DNA from: Escherichia fergusonii ATCC 35469
Lineage (GTDB): Bacteria; Pseudomonadota; Gammaproteobacteria; Enterobacterales; Enterobacteriaceae
Reading direction: 5' to 3'
DNA: 64,000 nt
Assembly (NCBI RefSeq): GCF_000026225.1
Contig: NC_011740.1
Location: 4,161,576-4,225,575, forward strand
The notes under the pieces were generated by a model. That model did not search any database. It saw only the letters and a program-made list of their open reading frames with translations, and was not told the DNA's origin. How positions within the stretch are numbered: the stretch's first letter is position 1; each line of letters starts with the position of its first letter. Both the position numbers and the translations under genes were made by a program. Below are positions 20,430 through 30,634 of the stretch, in pieces.

Positions 20430-20969
20430 ATGACAAAACTCACCCTACAAGAACAGTTGCTAAAAGCGGGATTAGTGACCAGCAAAAAAGCAGCTAAAGT
20501 CCAGAGAACGGCTAAAAAATCTCGTGTTCAGGCTCGTGAAGCCCGAGAGGCGGTGGAAGAAAACAAGAAAGCTCAACTCGAGCGTGATAAACAACTTAGC
20601 GAGCAGCAAAAACAAGCTGCGTTAGTGAAAGAATATAAAGCACAAATTAAACAGCTTATTGAAATGAATCGTATCACTGTTTCTCGTGGTGATATTGGTT
20701 TTAATTTCACTGATAATAATCTTATCAAGAAAATTGAAGTTGATAAAACAACTCAAACCCAATTAATAAATGGGCGCCTTGCTATTGCTCGTTTGATCAT
20801 TGATAGCAATGGGGAAAGCGAATACGCCATTATCCCGGCGAGCGTAGCAGATAAAATTGCCCAACGTGATGCGACTTTTATTGTATTAAATAGCGCACTC
20901 AGCCAGGAAGAGCAGGACGAAGATGATCCCTATGCTGACTTTAAGATCCCCGATGATTTAATGTGGTGA
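20430..20969 (+). CDS. Conserved hypothetical protein, Lys/Glu-rich; possibly DUF2058/YaiL-like
   Basis: About 179 aa from MTKLTLQEQLLKAGLV (the track ORF starts 18 codons earlier). The family assignment is a weak recollection. Confidence 0.5.
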   Translation: MTKLTLQEQLLKAGLVTSKKAAKVQRTAKKSRVQAREAREAVEENKKAQLERDKQLSEQQKQAALVKEYKAQIKQLIEMNRITVSRGDIGFNFTDNNLIKKIEVDKTTQTQLINGRLAIARLIIDSNGESEYAIIPASVADKIAQRDATFIVLNSALSQEEQDEDDPYADFKIPDDLMW

Positions 20970-20977
20970 TTTTTATT

Positions 20978-21001
20978 ATGAGCGCCTGATTGGGCGCTCA
21001 T
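20978..21001. terminator. Bidirectional stem-loop between the DUF gene and sorE
   Basis: ATGAGCGCCTGATTGGGCGCTCAT. Confidence 0.6.
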
Positions 21002-21121
21002 AGTATTAACCACCAATATTTATTGTGGATGCGACGTAAACGTCTTATTCAGGTTGCAAACTCTCGCAAATTCAATATATGGCACGCCCCATCCAGGCCT
21101 GGCTACCTATATTTTCCTGCC

Positions 21122-22342
21122 TCAAATATGTGCGGTATTCGCCAGTAAATACTGTTCAGCTTCCCGACACCAGATGCCCTGATGGCGGTCGAGGATCTCA
21201 CGTAGTTGTGGATCGTTAATTTGATCAAGAGCGATTAATGGCAGTGATTTATGGGTATAGACCAGTTTCTTTCCTCCGCCAATCTCTGGCAGAGCCAGCG
21301 TCGTTTCTCCAGCCGTATTCAGTCCCAGAATATGCGTAACGACTTTCGCTGCCTGAACTTTTTTCTCTTCAATCAATTTAACGGCCGCTCGCATATCATC
21401 AGTGTTGCCACCAGATGTGCCAACGTAATGCGTAAAGGCGTAATGCAGATCATAAAAATTAATGGGAGCACTGAAGTTTTTATCCTGCGGACCAGCAAAG
21501 AAATTCAGACAACCATCTGTCGCCAGCAAGGAAGAGGCAAGTTTCACAAGACCTTCGTTGGGAACAAAGACAAAAACATCATCGAAACCATGACCGCCAC
21601 TCAATGCCATTAATGTATCAAATGATGCATCAGCGGCATTGAGATAATGAATCAGTGTTTGTGGTTCTGAAGGATAGTGCTTACGTGCATAGCTCAATTT
21701 ATCGTTGTTGGTATCGGTAACGACAAGCAGCGATGGATTTATCGGGCCATGCAACGCATAGTCTATCGCCAGAAGACCCATTGGTCCGGTGCCGCCGAGG
21801 ATCAGTGTGCGTCCTTGCGGACGAATTCCCATCGTGTGGTTATAACTTCCTTCCTGAAGATGATAGTTTGCATTGAAAGCGCCAATTACACAGGAGAGCG
21901 GCTCAACCAGCGATCCTTCAAAATAGGTTTCGCCTTCATAAGCCAGCAGGCAGTCCTGTGCCATGACTTCATTTGGAATAACCACATGCGTTGCTTCGCC
22001 GCCTACCCACGGAAAGGAGTAGCCGGGGCAATCAGGGCTGTCGGGGAGTTGCAGGTTAGCCTGAATCACATAACGCTGACCCGGTTGAAATTTGTGCTGC
22101 CATTTTTTACCTACAGCAACAATATCGCCACAGAACTCGTGACCGATGATGATTGGATGAGTCGCCACATCATCAGGCACTTTTTTGTGATCTTCTCCCA
22201 GGCAAGCCTCTTTCCATGATGAGAGGCAAAGGCTGTCGGTTACTACCGTGGCGAGAATTTCATCCTCCTGCATTTCAGGAAGATCAAAGGATTCCAGGCG
22301 TAAATCACATTTGCCATAAAGACGCAGAGCCGTTGTTTGCAT
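21122..22342 (-). CDS. sorE: Zn-dependent dehydrogenase; L-sorbose-1-phosphate reductase-like
   Basis: 406-aa MDR-family ORF (GHEFCG zinc motif; GGTGPMG Rossmann motif). Last gene of a sorCDFBAME-type operon. Confidence 0.7.
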   Translation of the reverse strand: MQTTALRLYGKCDLRLESFDLPEMQEDEILATVVTDSLCLSSWKEACLGEDHKKVPDDVATHPIIIGHEFCGDIVAVGKKWQHKFQPGQRYVIQANLQLPDSPDCPGYSFPWVGGEATHVVIPNEVMAQDCLLAYEGETYFEGSLVEPLSCVIGAFNANYHLQEGSYNHTMGIRPQGRTLILGGTGPMGLLAIDYALHGPINPSLLVVTDTNNDKLSYARKHYPSEPQTLIHYLNAADASFDTLMALSGGHGFDDVFVFVPNEGLVKLASSLLATDGCLNFFAGPQDKNFSAPINFYDLHYAFTHYVGTSGGNTDDMRAAVKLIEEKKVQAAKVVTHILGLNTAGETTLALPEIGGGKKLVYTHKSLPLIALDQINDPQLREILDRHQGIWCREAEQYLLANTAHI

Positions 22343-22395
22343 ATAACCACCTCTTGTGTGAGCGATGGCCCCGGTAGTTAAACCGGGGCGAAGAA

Positions 22396-23220
22396 TCAGG
22401 ACAGGAAGCCCAGTGCGTTACCGACAATCCCTAAGCCAAACAGAGCAAAGATGAGCCACACCGGATTAATTTTTTTGTTAAGCAGACGCACCATCAGCAG
22501 AGTCAGGCCAAGCGCCAGCAAACCCGGGCACAACTGATCGAGAATGTTTTGCACGGTCATGGTGACGGTGGAGCTATCGGGGCCTGGTGTTTGAGAAACA
22601 ACCAACGGTACATTGATCGACGTCCATTTGGTGACCAGTACACCCATCACAAACAGACCGAGAATTGACGCACCTTCGGTGAGCTTTTGCAGCAAATTCC
22701 CCCCCATATCGCTGACGATATTCACCCCTTTACGAAAGCCCAGTTGCAGCCCATACCATTTCATTGCCAGGCGCACTGCGTTGAAAATAAAGAAGAACAG
22801 CAATGGGCCAAGAATGTTGCCCGAAAGTGCTAACGATGCGCCGAGGGCAGCAGTTATTGGACGCAATGTGCCCCATACCAGCGGATCGCCGACACCGGCC
22901 AGTGGCCCCATCAGACCGACTTTGATACCGTTTATGGTGCCATCATCAATCTCTGCGCCGTTGGCGCGTGCCTCTTCCATGGCAGCGGTGACGCCAATGA
23001 CCGGGCCACACACCGCAGGCGTAGTATTGAAGAACACCAGATGGCGCTTTAGCGCGGCGACCTGGTCCTCTTTCAGTGGGTAAAGGCGCTTAATGGCGGG
23101 GATCATGTCGTAGCAAAAACCCAGCCCATGAATGCGTTCGAAGTTAAATGATGCCTGTTGCAGATTGGAGCGCAGAAACATGCTCACCAGATCGCTGCGT
23201 GTGATTTTTCTCTGTTCCAT
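22396..23220 (-). CDS. sorM: PTS mannose/sorbose-family IID component
   Basis: About 274 aa. IID family membrane protein by recall. Confidence 0.75.
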   Translation of the reverse strand: MEQRKITRSDLVSMFLRSNLQQASFNFERIHGLGFCYDMIPAIKRLYPLKEDQVAALKRHLVFFNTTPAVCGPVIGVTAAMEEARANGAEIDDGTINGIKVGLMGPLAGVGDPLVWGTLRPITAALGASLALSGNILGPLLFFFIFNAVRLAMKWYGLQLGFRKGVNIVSDMGGNLLQKLTEGASILGLFVMGVLVTKWTSINVPLVVSQTPGPDSSTVTMTVQNILDQLCPGLLALGLTLLMVRLLNKKINPVWLIFALFGLGIVGNALGFLS

Positions 23221-23230
23221 GATGGCTCCG

Positions 23231-24028
23231 TTAATCGTCAAGTTGGTCAAGAGCGGTGGAGGGGGGGACTTGCGTTTGTGGTTCGGCTTTTCGCCATTGT
23301 GGATTTAGCTGGATATAAACCAGTGCCATGATCACGCCGACACCGCCGAATGCCAGAAGACTGAGATTAAGGTAGCCACCCGCGAGGAAGCCCAGGAAGA
23401 AGAAAGGCATCAGGTATTTCACGCCCATCATGCGCAGCACCATGGCATAACCGACCACGACGATAAAGCCGCCAGCAATCTGTAATCCTCGGGTCACAAA
23501 TTCGGGGATAGCATTCAACATATTGCTCACCATATCGGCGCTGACGAACAATGAGACTATGAGCGCCGGGATGGCGACGCGTAATGCCTGCACTCCAAGC
23601 GCGGAGACATGCAGAATATCGATAGTGCGAAAGCGTGCCTCTTCTGCTGCTTTATCTGCCGCATGTTGAAACACCACGGTGATGGTGCGGGCAAATACGG
23701 TTAGTACCTGGCCCGCGGCTGCCACAGGAAGTGCGATAGCAATACCGGTAGCGATGCTTTGTTGACCAACGATTACCAGAATGGCAGAGATAATACTGGC
23801 AAGTGCTGAATCCGGAGATTGCGCCGCACCGACGTTCATCCAGCCAAGCGCTATCAATTCCAGAGTGCCACCGAGCATAATTCCGGTTTTTAAATCACCG
23901 AGAATTAAACCAATAACTGTGCAGGCGATAAGTGGGCGGTGAGTCTGAAACTCGTCCAGTACGCTGCCCATTCCGGCAATACAGGAAAATAAAAATATGG
24001 CGATAATTTGTAGGGTACTAATTTCCAT
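23231..24028 (-). CDS. sorA: PTS mannose/sorbose-family IIC component
   Basis: 265-aa polytopic membrane protein. IIC(Man) family by recall. Confidence 0.75.
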   Translation of the reverse strand: MEISTLQIIAIFLFSCIAGMGSVLDEFQTHRPLIACTVIGLILGDLKTGIMLGGTLELIALGWMNVGAAQSPDSALASIISAILVIVGQQSIATGIAIALPVAAAGQVLTVFARTITVVFQHAADKAAEEARFRTIDILHVSALGVQALRVAIPALIVSLFVSADMVSNMLNAIPEFVTRGLQIAGGFIVVVGYAMVLRMMGVKYLMPFFFLGFLAGGYLNLSLLAFGGVGVIMALVYIQLNPQWRKAEPQTQVPPSTALDQLDD

Positions 24029-24095
24029 AATTTGTCACCTTATAAGTGTACTCGTCCCTGCCTGTTAAAGCATAAATACACAGGCCTGATATTTA

Positions 24096-24587
24096 TTAAG
24101 CCGTTACGTGTTCTTTTATTTTTTCGATAATATTGATTGAAGGATCTGTCGCAACTACGCGTAAATCTAGCTTTACGCCTAATTTATCCAGTTCATAGAA
24201 TGCGTTAATATCATTCTCATCTAATGATACCGCTTTAGTTAACTGTTTTTTACCAGGGCGCCATGCCATTCCGCCAATATTTAATACATTAATATTGACG
24301 CCTTGTTTAACCATCGCCAGGGCATCTTGCGGATTGGTAAAAAGATAAAAAACGGTTTCCTCTTTATATTGCGGATTGTGATAAACGGCGACGGCTTTTT
24401 CGATATTTACCACATTAACTTTCATTCCAGGTGGTGCCGCCTGCCGTAATAATGTCCGACGCACATCATCATTAAATACATCGTCATTACAAATAATAAT
24501 CCGCTGAGCATTGGCCACTTTTGACCAGACAGTTGTTACCTGACCGTGGATCAGGCGGTCATCAATGCGGGCAAGAGTAATGTTCAT
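24096..24587 (-). CDS. sorB: PTS mannose/sorbose-family IIB component
   Basis: 163 aa with N-terminal RIDDRLIHGQV, the IIB(Man) phospho-His motif. Confidence 0.8.
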   Translation of the reverse strand: MNITLARIDDRLIHGQVTTVWSKVANAQRIIICNDDVFNDDVRRTLLRQAAPPGMKVNVVNIEKAVAVYHNPQYKEETVFYLFTNPQDALAMVKQGVNINVLNIGGMAWRPGKKQLTKAVSLDENDINAFYELDKLGVKLDLRVVATDPSINIIEKIKEHVTA

Positions 24588-24994
24588 CAGAACTCCTCGT
24601 CAGTCGTATCCGGTTGTTGCCAGATAACACAAGTTTGTGAGGCGACTTGCGTCAGGTGTACACACAGTTCATCGACATTCATACTGCTCTGGTTGTCCAC
24701 CAGTTCCAGCGCCAGAGGGAGCGATAACCCGCTCATGACACGCAGATGTGGGTTTTGCATTGCCAGTGTGGCAGCGGCATTCCATGGACTACCGCACTGT
24801 AAGTCCACGGCAATCAGCCATTCATCATGAGCGTGAATGCTTACTAACTTTTCCAGCTTATTTATGATGTCGCTGGCATTTTCTCCAGGTACAAATTCTA
24901 CGGCTACAACATTGGCGTCGCCGTACACCATCTGTACCGACTCCAGCATGGCGCAAGCTAATTTGCCATGGGCACAGAAGATTGCATTAACCAT
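24587..24994 (-). CDS. sorF: PTS mannose/sorbose-family IIA component
   Basis: 135 aa. IIA(Man) fold by recall. Start overlaps the sorB stop. Confidence 0.7.
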   Translation of the reverse strand: MVNAIFCAHGKLACAMLESVQMVYGDANVVAVEFVPGENASDIINKLEKLVSIHAHDEWLIAVDLQCGSPWNAAATLAMQNPHLRVMSGLSLPLALELVDNQSSMNVDELCVHLTQVASQTCVIWQQPDTTDEEF

Positions 24995-25003
24995 ATCACC
25001 TCC

Positions 25004-25798
25004 TTAACCGCGCGTTTTACCGCCCGCAATGTTAGTGGTTACTCCGGTGATGTAGCTGGCGCGTTCAGACAGCAGGTAGCACACAAAATCAGCGACTTCC
25101 GTGAGCCGTCCGGAGCGTCCAATGGGAATCGCGTTCTTGCTGTAGCCTTCACGCAGTTGTGCAACAGTTATGTTTCGCGTCCATGCCAGGGCTTCTTCAT
25201 ACTCTGGTGTGCGCAATCCCGTTTTTTCCAGAATCCCTGGCGCAATACCAACTACACGGTTGCCATGCTTACCCAGTTCTTTTGCCCAGGAACGGGTAAA
25301 ACTGTTCAGTGCAGCTTTGGTGGCAGCGTAGCAACTCTGGCCTTCCGAACCTTCCAGCCCGCTTTCAGAAGAGACGTTCACAATGACGCCGTCACGCTGT
25401 TTCACCATCTGCCGCGCCACCGATTGCGACATCAAAAAAACACCTTTTTGATTGATATTAACCATCTTTTCAAAAGCGGCTTCGTTAAGTTCGTACTTTC
25501 CTGCCGGGGCTTTTTCATCTACCAACAGACGCGGATAGTTAACGCCAGCGTTATTGACCAGACCATCAATCCGACCAAAACGCTGAATTATTTCCGCAAT
25601 GGTATCTGTCACTTGTTGGGCTTTGGAAATATCTGTTGGCCAGAATTGATAGCCAGCATTATTTTCACCAGTATTGATATCCACCATCTGGACGTTTGCG
25701 CCATGAGTTATTAACTCCTCGACGATAGCACTACCTATTCCCGATGCACCTCCTGTCACAATAATTATTTTGCCAGATAAGTTTAACCATGATTGCAT
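25004..25798 (-). CDS. sorD: Short-chain dehydrogenase; sorbitol-6-phosphate 2-dehydrogenase-like
   Basis: About 265 aa from MQSWLNLSGKIIIVTGGASGIG (SDR TGxxxGxG motif; YxxxK as YAATK). Confidence 0.75.
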   Translation of the reverse strand: MQSWLNLSGKIIIVTGGASGIGSAIVEELITHGANVQMVDINTGENNAGYQFWPTDISKAQQVTDTIAEIIQRFGRIDGLVNNAGVNYPRLLVDEKAPAGKYELNEAAFEKMVNINQKGVFLMSQSVARQMVKQRDGVIVNVSSESGLEGSEGQSCYAATKAALNSFTRSWAKELGKHGNRVVGIAPGILEKTGLRTPEYEEALAWTRNITVAQLREGYSKNAIPIGRSGRLTEVADFVCYLLSERASYITGVTTNIAGGKTRG

Positions 25799-25867
25799 AA
25801 TTTTCTCTCCATACAGATAAATTGATTCCCCATAAAATAAATTATGTCGAATCAAAGTAAATAGTGT

Positions 25868-26905
25868 TTATTGCAATAGTAATTCGGCGGTTTGGTAATT
25901 GGTGACTAAACAGTTAATATATTTGCCACGTAACGCACCAAGAATCCCACTTAGTTTCTCTTCTCCCATGGCAATACCAATAGAATAACGTGCATTTTTT
26001 AATTTATGGATTTCGATAGACAACGTTTTTTCGTTTATCTGCGTCTCGACGGTTGCGCCGTTAATATCATAAAAGCGAGAGCAGATATCACCGGCAATTT
26101 GCCCTGCATATAAATCATCACTCTCTTCCCGACCATAAAATGCGTGCCAGATTGCACCATCACGTATTGCAGGGGAACCTATCCCCACCAGAGCAATATC
26201 GATGTTATTCCAGTAATCTGCAATGGTGCGAAAATGTTGGGACTGCATGATACCGTTACGAATCAATGCATTATCCAGTAGTGCCGGAAAGTCTGCGAGA
26301 TGAGATTCACCTTTCAGTTTTGCAGCAGCACCGTAGGTAAGGGTGTTCACATGGTAACGGCTTTCCAGTTTTCCCGAAGGTCCCCCGATAACAGGTACAC
26401 AAATATGCTGATGTGACTGGCTGGCTGTCGATAGCCCCTCAACCATCGCCCGTACCGCACGTCCCCAGGAAAACCCGATGATATCGCCTGGCTCCAGTAG
26501 TCGTTCCAGTAGCTGTGCGCCATGTACACCCATTATTGCCAGTTGCTCTTCTTCCTGTTCTTGTTGGCAGGGCACTACCACAGCTTCTTTAAGAGCAAAT
26601 TTTTGTTTTAGCTGCTGCTCCAGCCACAAGTTATCGTTGTAGTTGTAATTGATTGCGATGGTCACTAAACCCAGTTCACGACCACGTTTAAGCAGACGAC
26701 TGATGGTCGTTCGGTAGATACCTAGCTCGCGGGCGATTTGTGCCTGAGTCATTTCTTGATCGTAATAAAGCTGCGCTATTTTCACGATCAGGCGAATATC
26801 GTCACCGTTTTCTACCGCCATACTGGCCTCCTGCACGTGCACATTTGTGCAAATCTCATTTTTTACCGCTTGATCTGATATAACCTCATCAACAGAGTGT
26901 TTCAA
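25868..26905 (-). CDS. sorC: SorC/DeoR-type sugar-phosphate-binding transcriptional regulator
   Basis: 345 aa. N-terminal HTH (MTQAQIARELGIYRTTISRLLKRGRELG) plus a sugar-binding domain. First gene of the operon. Confidence 0.75.
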   Translation of the reverse strand: MKHSVDEVISDQAVKNEICTNVHVQEASMAVENGDDIRLIVKIAQLYYDQEMTQAQIARELGIYRTTISRLLKRGRELGLVTIAINYNYNDNLWLEQQLKQKFALKEAVVVPCQQEQEEEQLAIMGVHGAQLLERLLEPGDIIGFSWGRAVRAMVEGLSTASQSHQHICVPVIGGPSGKLESRYHVNTLTYGAAAKLKGESHLADFPALLDNALIRNGIMQSQHFRTIADYWNNIDIALVGIGSPAIRDGAIWHAFYGREESDDLYAGQIAGDICSRFYDINGATVETQINEKTLSIEIHKLKNARYSIGIAMGEEKLSGILGALRGKYINCLVTNYQTAELLLQ

Positions 26906-27169
26906 AAGGATTTTTCACTATTTATCCGCAAAAAATACAAGGTTAATTGTGCACATTTGTTTTTGTGTATCGTTAAGGCAAGCACATCTGTGCGTTATTA
27001 TTTAACTGATTGATATTTATATGTATTTGTTGGTCTTGTTACTGACTTCGATGCCGCTGATTTTTGTGCAGAAAATTGTGGTGGATCACAATTAATTTCA
27101 CTGTTGCGAAGAAACGCTGTTTTTCCTGCATCAGAGTCAGGGTATATTCCGCGTTTTACAGGAGAATTT

Positions 27170-28042
27170 ATGCTGCCCGACTCATCTATCCGATTAAACA
27201 AATACATTAGCGAAAGTGGAATTTGCTCACGACGCGAAGCGGATCGCTTTATTGAACAAGGCAATGTGTTCATCAATGGCAAACGTGCCACCATTGGCGA
27301 CCAGGTTAAACCAGGCGACGTCGTGAAGGTAAATGGTCGGTTGATTGAGCCGCGTGAAGCAGAAGACTTAGTGCTTATTGCTCTGAACAAACCTGTAGGG
27401 ATCGTTAGTACTACGGAAGATGGCGAGCGCGACAACATCGTTGATTTCGTCAACCACAGTAAACGCGTGTTCCCGATAGGTCGTCTGGATAAAGACTCTC
27501 AGGGGCTGATTTTTCTCACTAACCATGGCGATCTGGTCAATAAGATCCTGCGTGCTGGCAATGATCATGAAAAAGAGTATCTGGTGACGGTCGATAAACC
27601 GATCACCGATGAATTTATTCGTGGTATGGGGGCGGGAGTACCGATCCTCGGAACGGTGACGAAAAAGTGCAAAGTCAAAAAAGAAGCACCATTTGTCTTT
27701 CGCATTACCCTTGTGCAGGGGCTGAACCGTCAGATCCGGCGCATGTGCGAGCACTTTGGTTACGAAGTGAAAAAGCTGGAACGTACGCGCATTATGAACG
27801 TCAGCTTAAGCGGCATTCCGTTGGGTGAGTGGCGCGATTTAACCGACGATGAGCTAATTGATCTCTTTAAATTAATTGAGAATTCTACTTCCGAGGTGAA
27901 ACCTAAAGCGAAGGCCAAACCGAAAACGGCGGGCATCAAACGCCCGGTGGTGAAGATGGAAAAAACATCAGAAAAAGGTGGCCGCCCGGCGTCAAATGGT
28001 AAACGTTTCACCTCGCCGGGGCGTAAGAAAAAAGGGCGCTAA
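27170..28042 (+). CDS. rluF: 23S rRNA pseudouridine(2604) synthase
   Basis: 290 aa from [25 protein letters not shown] (S4 domain) with catalytic [20 protein letters not shown]. Confidence 0.85.
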   Translation: MLPDSSIRLNKYISESGICSRREADRFIEQGNVFINGKRATIGDQVKPGDVVKVNGRLIEPREAEDLVLIALNKPVGIVSTTEDGERDNIVDFVNHSKRVFPIGRLDKDSQGLIFLTNHGDLVNKILRAGNDHEKEYLVTVDKPITDEFIRGMGAGVPILGTVTKKCKVKKEAPFVFRITLVQGLNRQIRRMCEHFGYEVKKLERTRIMNVSLSGIPLGEWRDLTDDELIDLFKLIENSTSEVKPKAKAKPKTAGIKRPVVKMEKTSEKGGRPASNGKRFTSPGRKKKGR

Positions 28043-28240
28043 TCAGCGCCTGCCGCGCGTCGACGTATTTGCCGACCAGCTAAATGACGCTTCGGGATCG
28101 GGTTTATAAGCCTGCTTTTTCTTCAACTGGCGGGCTTTTTTCGCTTCAGCCTCACGTTCAACCATTAATTTATCGATGTACTCTTTCTTGATGCTGTTGG
28201 TTTCGGAGTTTGTCAGTACGCGACCATGCGCAATACGCGC
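27526..28240. repeat. Direct repeat copy 1 (~715 bp): rluF 3' two-thirds plus yjbD 3' three-quarters
   Basis: Matches 30118..30832 with a single mismatch seen (27556 c versus 30148 t). A further ~25 bp beyond is about 70% similar. Confidence 0.9.
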
Positions 28241-28267
28241 GCGAACCAGCAGCGTTTTAGCTCGCAT
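28043..28267 (-). pseudogene. yjbD (DUF3811) copy with a replaced N-terminus; junction of the GT island
   Basis: The 74-aa ORF is identical to the downstream full yjbD from ARIAHGRVLTN onward. Its first ~10 residues (MRAKTLLVRA) are unrelated because the repeat ends at 28240. Confidence 0.7.
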
Positions 28268-28317
28268 TGCTTGTTAATATTACTTTTAGCAAATAAAATA
28301 GAACGTTTTCCATATTT

Positions 28318-29460
28318 TTAGCTAAACCAGTTACTCAATGTTTTTTCAAATTTATGAGTAACTTGCCACCACAAATAATTTTCCAGAACAAATTTTTTTC
28401 CGCACTGTGCAGTATTAAGTAGATCAGAATTAGCAAGTACTGTTTCAATATCTGCTGCAATCGTTTCGGGTGTCATTGGTTCTTGTAAATGATATCCAGT
28501 TTCTTTATCTTTTACGAATTCAACCATTCCTCCACGAGTGCTCACCAATACCGGTTTTCCTGAGCCCATAGCTTCTATTGCTACCATACAAAATGGTTCC
28601 TGAAATTGAGAAGGAATAACAACTAAATCAGCTAAAGAATAATATTGATGCATTTCTTCAGGAGCAACTCCTCCTAACATATGACAGTGTGAACCGAGTT
28701 GTTTAGCTAATTTTTGAATTTGCTGTTGGTAAGCTCCTTTTTCTCCCTTACTTTTGTTTGTATAATCACCTATAACAACCAATTCTATATTATCATGAGA
28801 TCTAACAATTTTTTCAAATGCTTGCATAAGTAAAATAACTCCTTTTTCAGGAGATATCCTTCCTGCATAAAATATAATTTTTTTATCAGGGGGTATATTT
28901 AGATCTGCTTTTTTGATTTTCTTATGCTGTTTATCCATATTATATAAAGTTGTTCCATTTGGAACTATAGCGATTTCAGCATCAGGAAGAAATCCTTTAT
29001 AGTAGTTTTTTAAATAATTACTGGGAACAATCATTTTCACATTCTTATCCATCCCTCTTGGTTCATAAGCGTTATGCATATGCATTACTATTTTGGCATG
29101 AGGTGAGCGCTCGCGAATCTGACGATATAACTTCATGCTATTATGTACAATAATTACACTATCATCTGTAATGTTGAAATTTTTAGCAATATTCAAAATT
29201 CTTTGGGAATAAGGAAGTGGATCTATACGTGTCCATTTCTGAAATACACGTTTATAAATTCGACTAAATCCAATGCGATGAATTGAGCATCGTTCATTGA
29301 CAGTAGTAACGTCAGAATACCCATCTTCTTTTATACAAATAATTCTGTTCGGTATTCTTGTCATTTTAGCAACCTGATAAATCCAGGTTTCTACTGCAGC
29401 GGCGCCACGTGGAGGAATGGAAAAAATTGGTGTAACAGTGAAAATTATTTTATCAACCAT
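28318..29460 (-). CDS. Family-4 (GT-B, retaining) glycosyltransferase; horizontally acquired
   Basis: 380 aa. C-terminal EPFCMVAIEAMGSGKPVLVSTRGGMVEF is the GT4 E-x7-E region. Estimated by eye at about 30% GC. Confidence 0.8.
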   Translation of the reverse strand: MVDKIIFTVTPIFSIPPRGAAAVETWIYQVAKMTRIPNRIICIKEDGYSDVTTVNERCSIHRIGFSRIYKRVFQKWTRIDPLPYSQRILNIAKNFNITDDSVIIVHNSMKLYRQIRERSPHAKIVMHMHNAYEPRGMDKNVKMIVPSNYLKNYYKGFLPDAEIAIVPNGTTLYNMDKQHKKIKKADLNIPPDKKIIFYAGRISPEKGVILLMQAFEKIVRSHDNIELVVIGDYTNKSKGEKGAYQQQIQKLAKQLGSHCHMLGGVAPEEMHQYYSLADLVVIPSQFQEPFCMVAIEAMGSGKPVLVSTRGGMVEFVKDKETGYHLQEPMTPETIAADIETVLANSDLLNTAQCGKKFVLENYLWWQVTHKFEKTLSNWFS

Positions 29461-29502
29461 GAATTATTATCCTTTTCAATCGTTATTTTGCGGTGTTGAA
29501 TT

Positions 29503-29646
29503 TTAATAAAAATGAGAGTTGATTGTATGTATGAATGTTGATTTATTTAAGCACCAGCCTTTGTGTTGTGCTAACAGCAACGTGTTATCTGACCCATTTT
29601 TATTAGTGATAATCTTACTTTCCCGGAGGAATGAGACACTAAACAT
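29503..29646 (-). pseudogene. 5' remnant of a gene homologous to the start of the 33391..34119 glycosyltransferase-like gene
   Basis: The 47-codon ORF MFSVSFLRESKIIT... aligns with MFIVSVLRQSKDFT... of the downstream gene. The flanking ~115 bp of upstream DNA is about 70% identical between the two loci. Confidence 0.5.
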
Positions 29647-30117
29647 GCTGTTTCCTTGCATCGTCAGTTAGGAGACTAAAGGACAAACTATATTTGAAGT
29701 GATTTATAACGCAATATCTTTGTGCTTAAAAAAATGATTTTATTTGTTGTGCAAATACATTATGCAAATTAATTTGTTTTGTAAATGTGTTATTATCTGA
29801 CTCTGCGTCGTAACTCAGTTTATTACTATAAAAAAGGACATTGTGCTCGGCGTTATTGTTTTTAAAAAATCACTAGCTGGTGGACTGGTGGCTCAATAAA
29901 TCTTTCAGTTTCGGAACAGTTATAAAAAACCTTGCAGTTTGGCTACTGAAAAAGTTAAGCAAGAAATCAAAGGGGTCGCAATGGTTTACGAATCCTGCTA
30001 GCTGAAAGCTGTGCCGACCATATCTACATACTCGTAGACATCCCTCTGAAGATGAGTGTGTAGAGTTTCATGTGATATTTGAAGGGGAAAAGCAAGTCTG
30101 ATGCTTCATGAGCAGTT

Positions 30118-30634
30118 TGGCGATCTGGTCAATAAGATCCTGCGTGTTGGCAATGATCATGAAAAAGAGTATCTGGTGACGGTCGATAAACCGATCACCG
30201 ATGAATTTATTCGTGGTATGGGGGCGGGAGTACCGATCCTCGGAACGGTGACGAAAAAGTGCAAAGTCAAAAAAGAAGCACCATTTGTCTTTCGCATTAC
30301 CCTTGTGCAGGGGCTGAACCGTCAGATCCGGCGCATGTGCGAGCACTTTGGTTACGAAGTGAAAAAGCTGGAACGTACGCGCATTATGAACGTCAGCTTA
30401 AGCGGCATTCCGTTGGGTGAGTGGCGCGATTTAACCGACGATGAGCTAATTGATCTCTTTAAATTAATTGAGAATTCTACTTCCGAGGTGAAACCTAAAG
30501 CGAAGGCCAAACCGAAAACGGCGGGCATCAAACGCCCGGTGGTGAAGATGGAAAAAACATCAGAAAAAGGTGGCCGCCCGGCGTCAAATGGTAAACGTTT
30601 CACCTCGCCGGGGCGTAAGAAAAAAGGGCGCTAA
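30118..30634 (+). pseudogene. 5'-truncated rluF fragment (direct repeat copy 2); lacks the S4 domain and the catalytic Asp motif
   Basis: Identical to the rluF 3' region (residues GDLVNKIL... to the end). The new 5 N-terminal residues are created by the junction. Confidence 0.85.

Noticed and set aside
27368-27754. 128-aa antisense ORF in rluF and its duplicate at 30068..30346
   Set aside because: The duplication simply reflects the 715-bp direct repeat. The sense-strand rluF reading frame is the conserved one.
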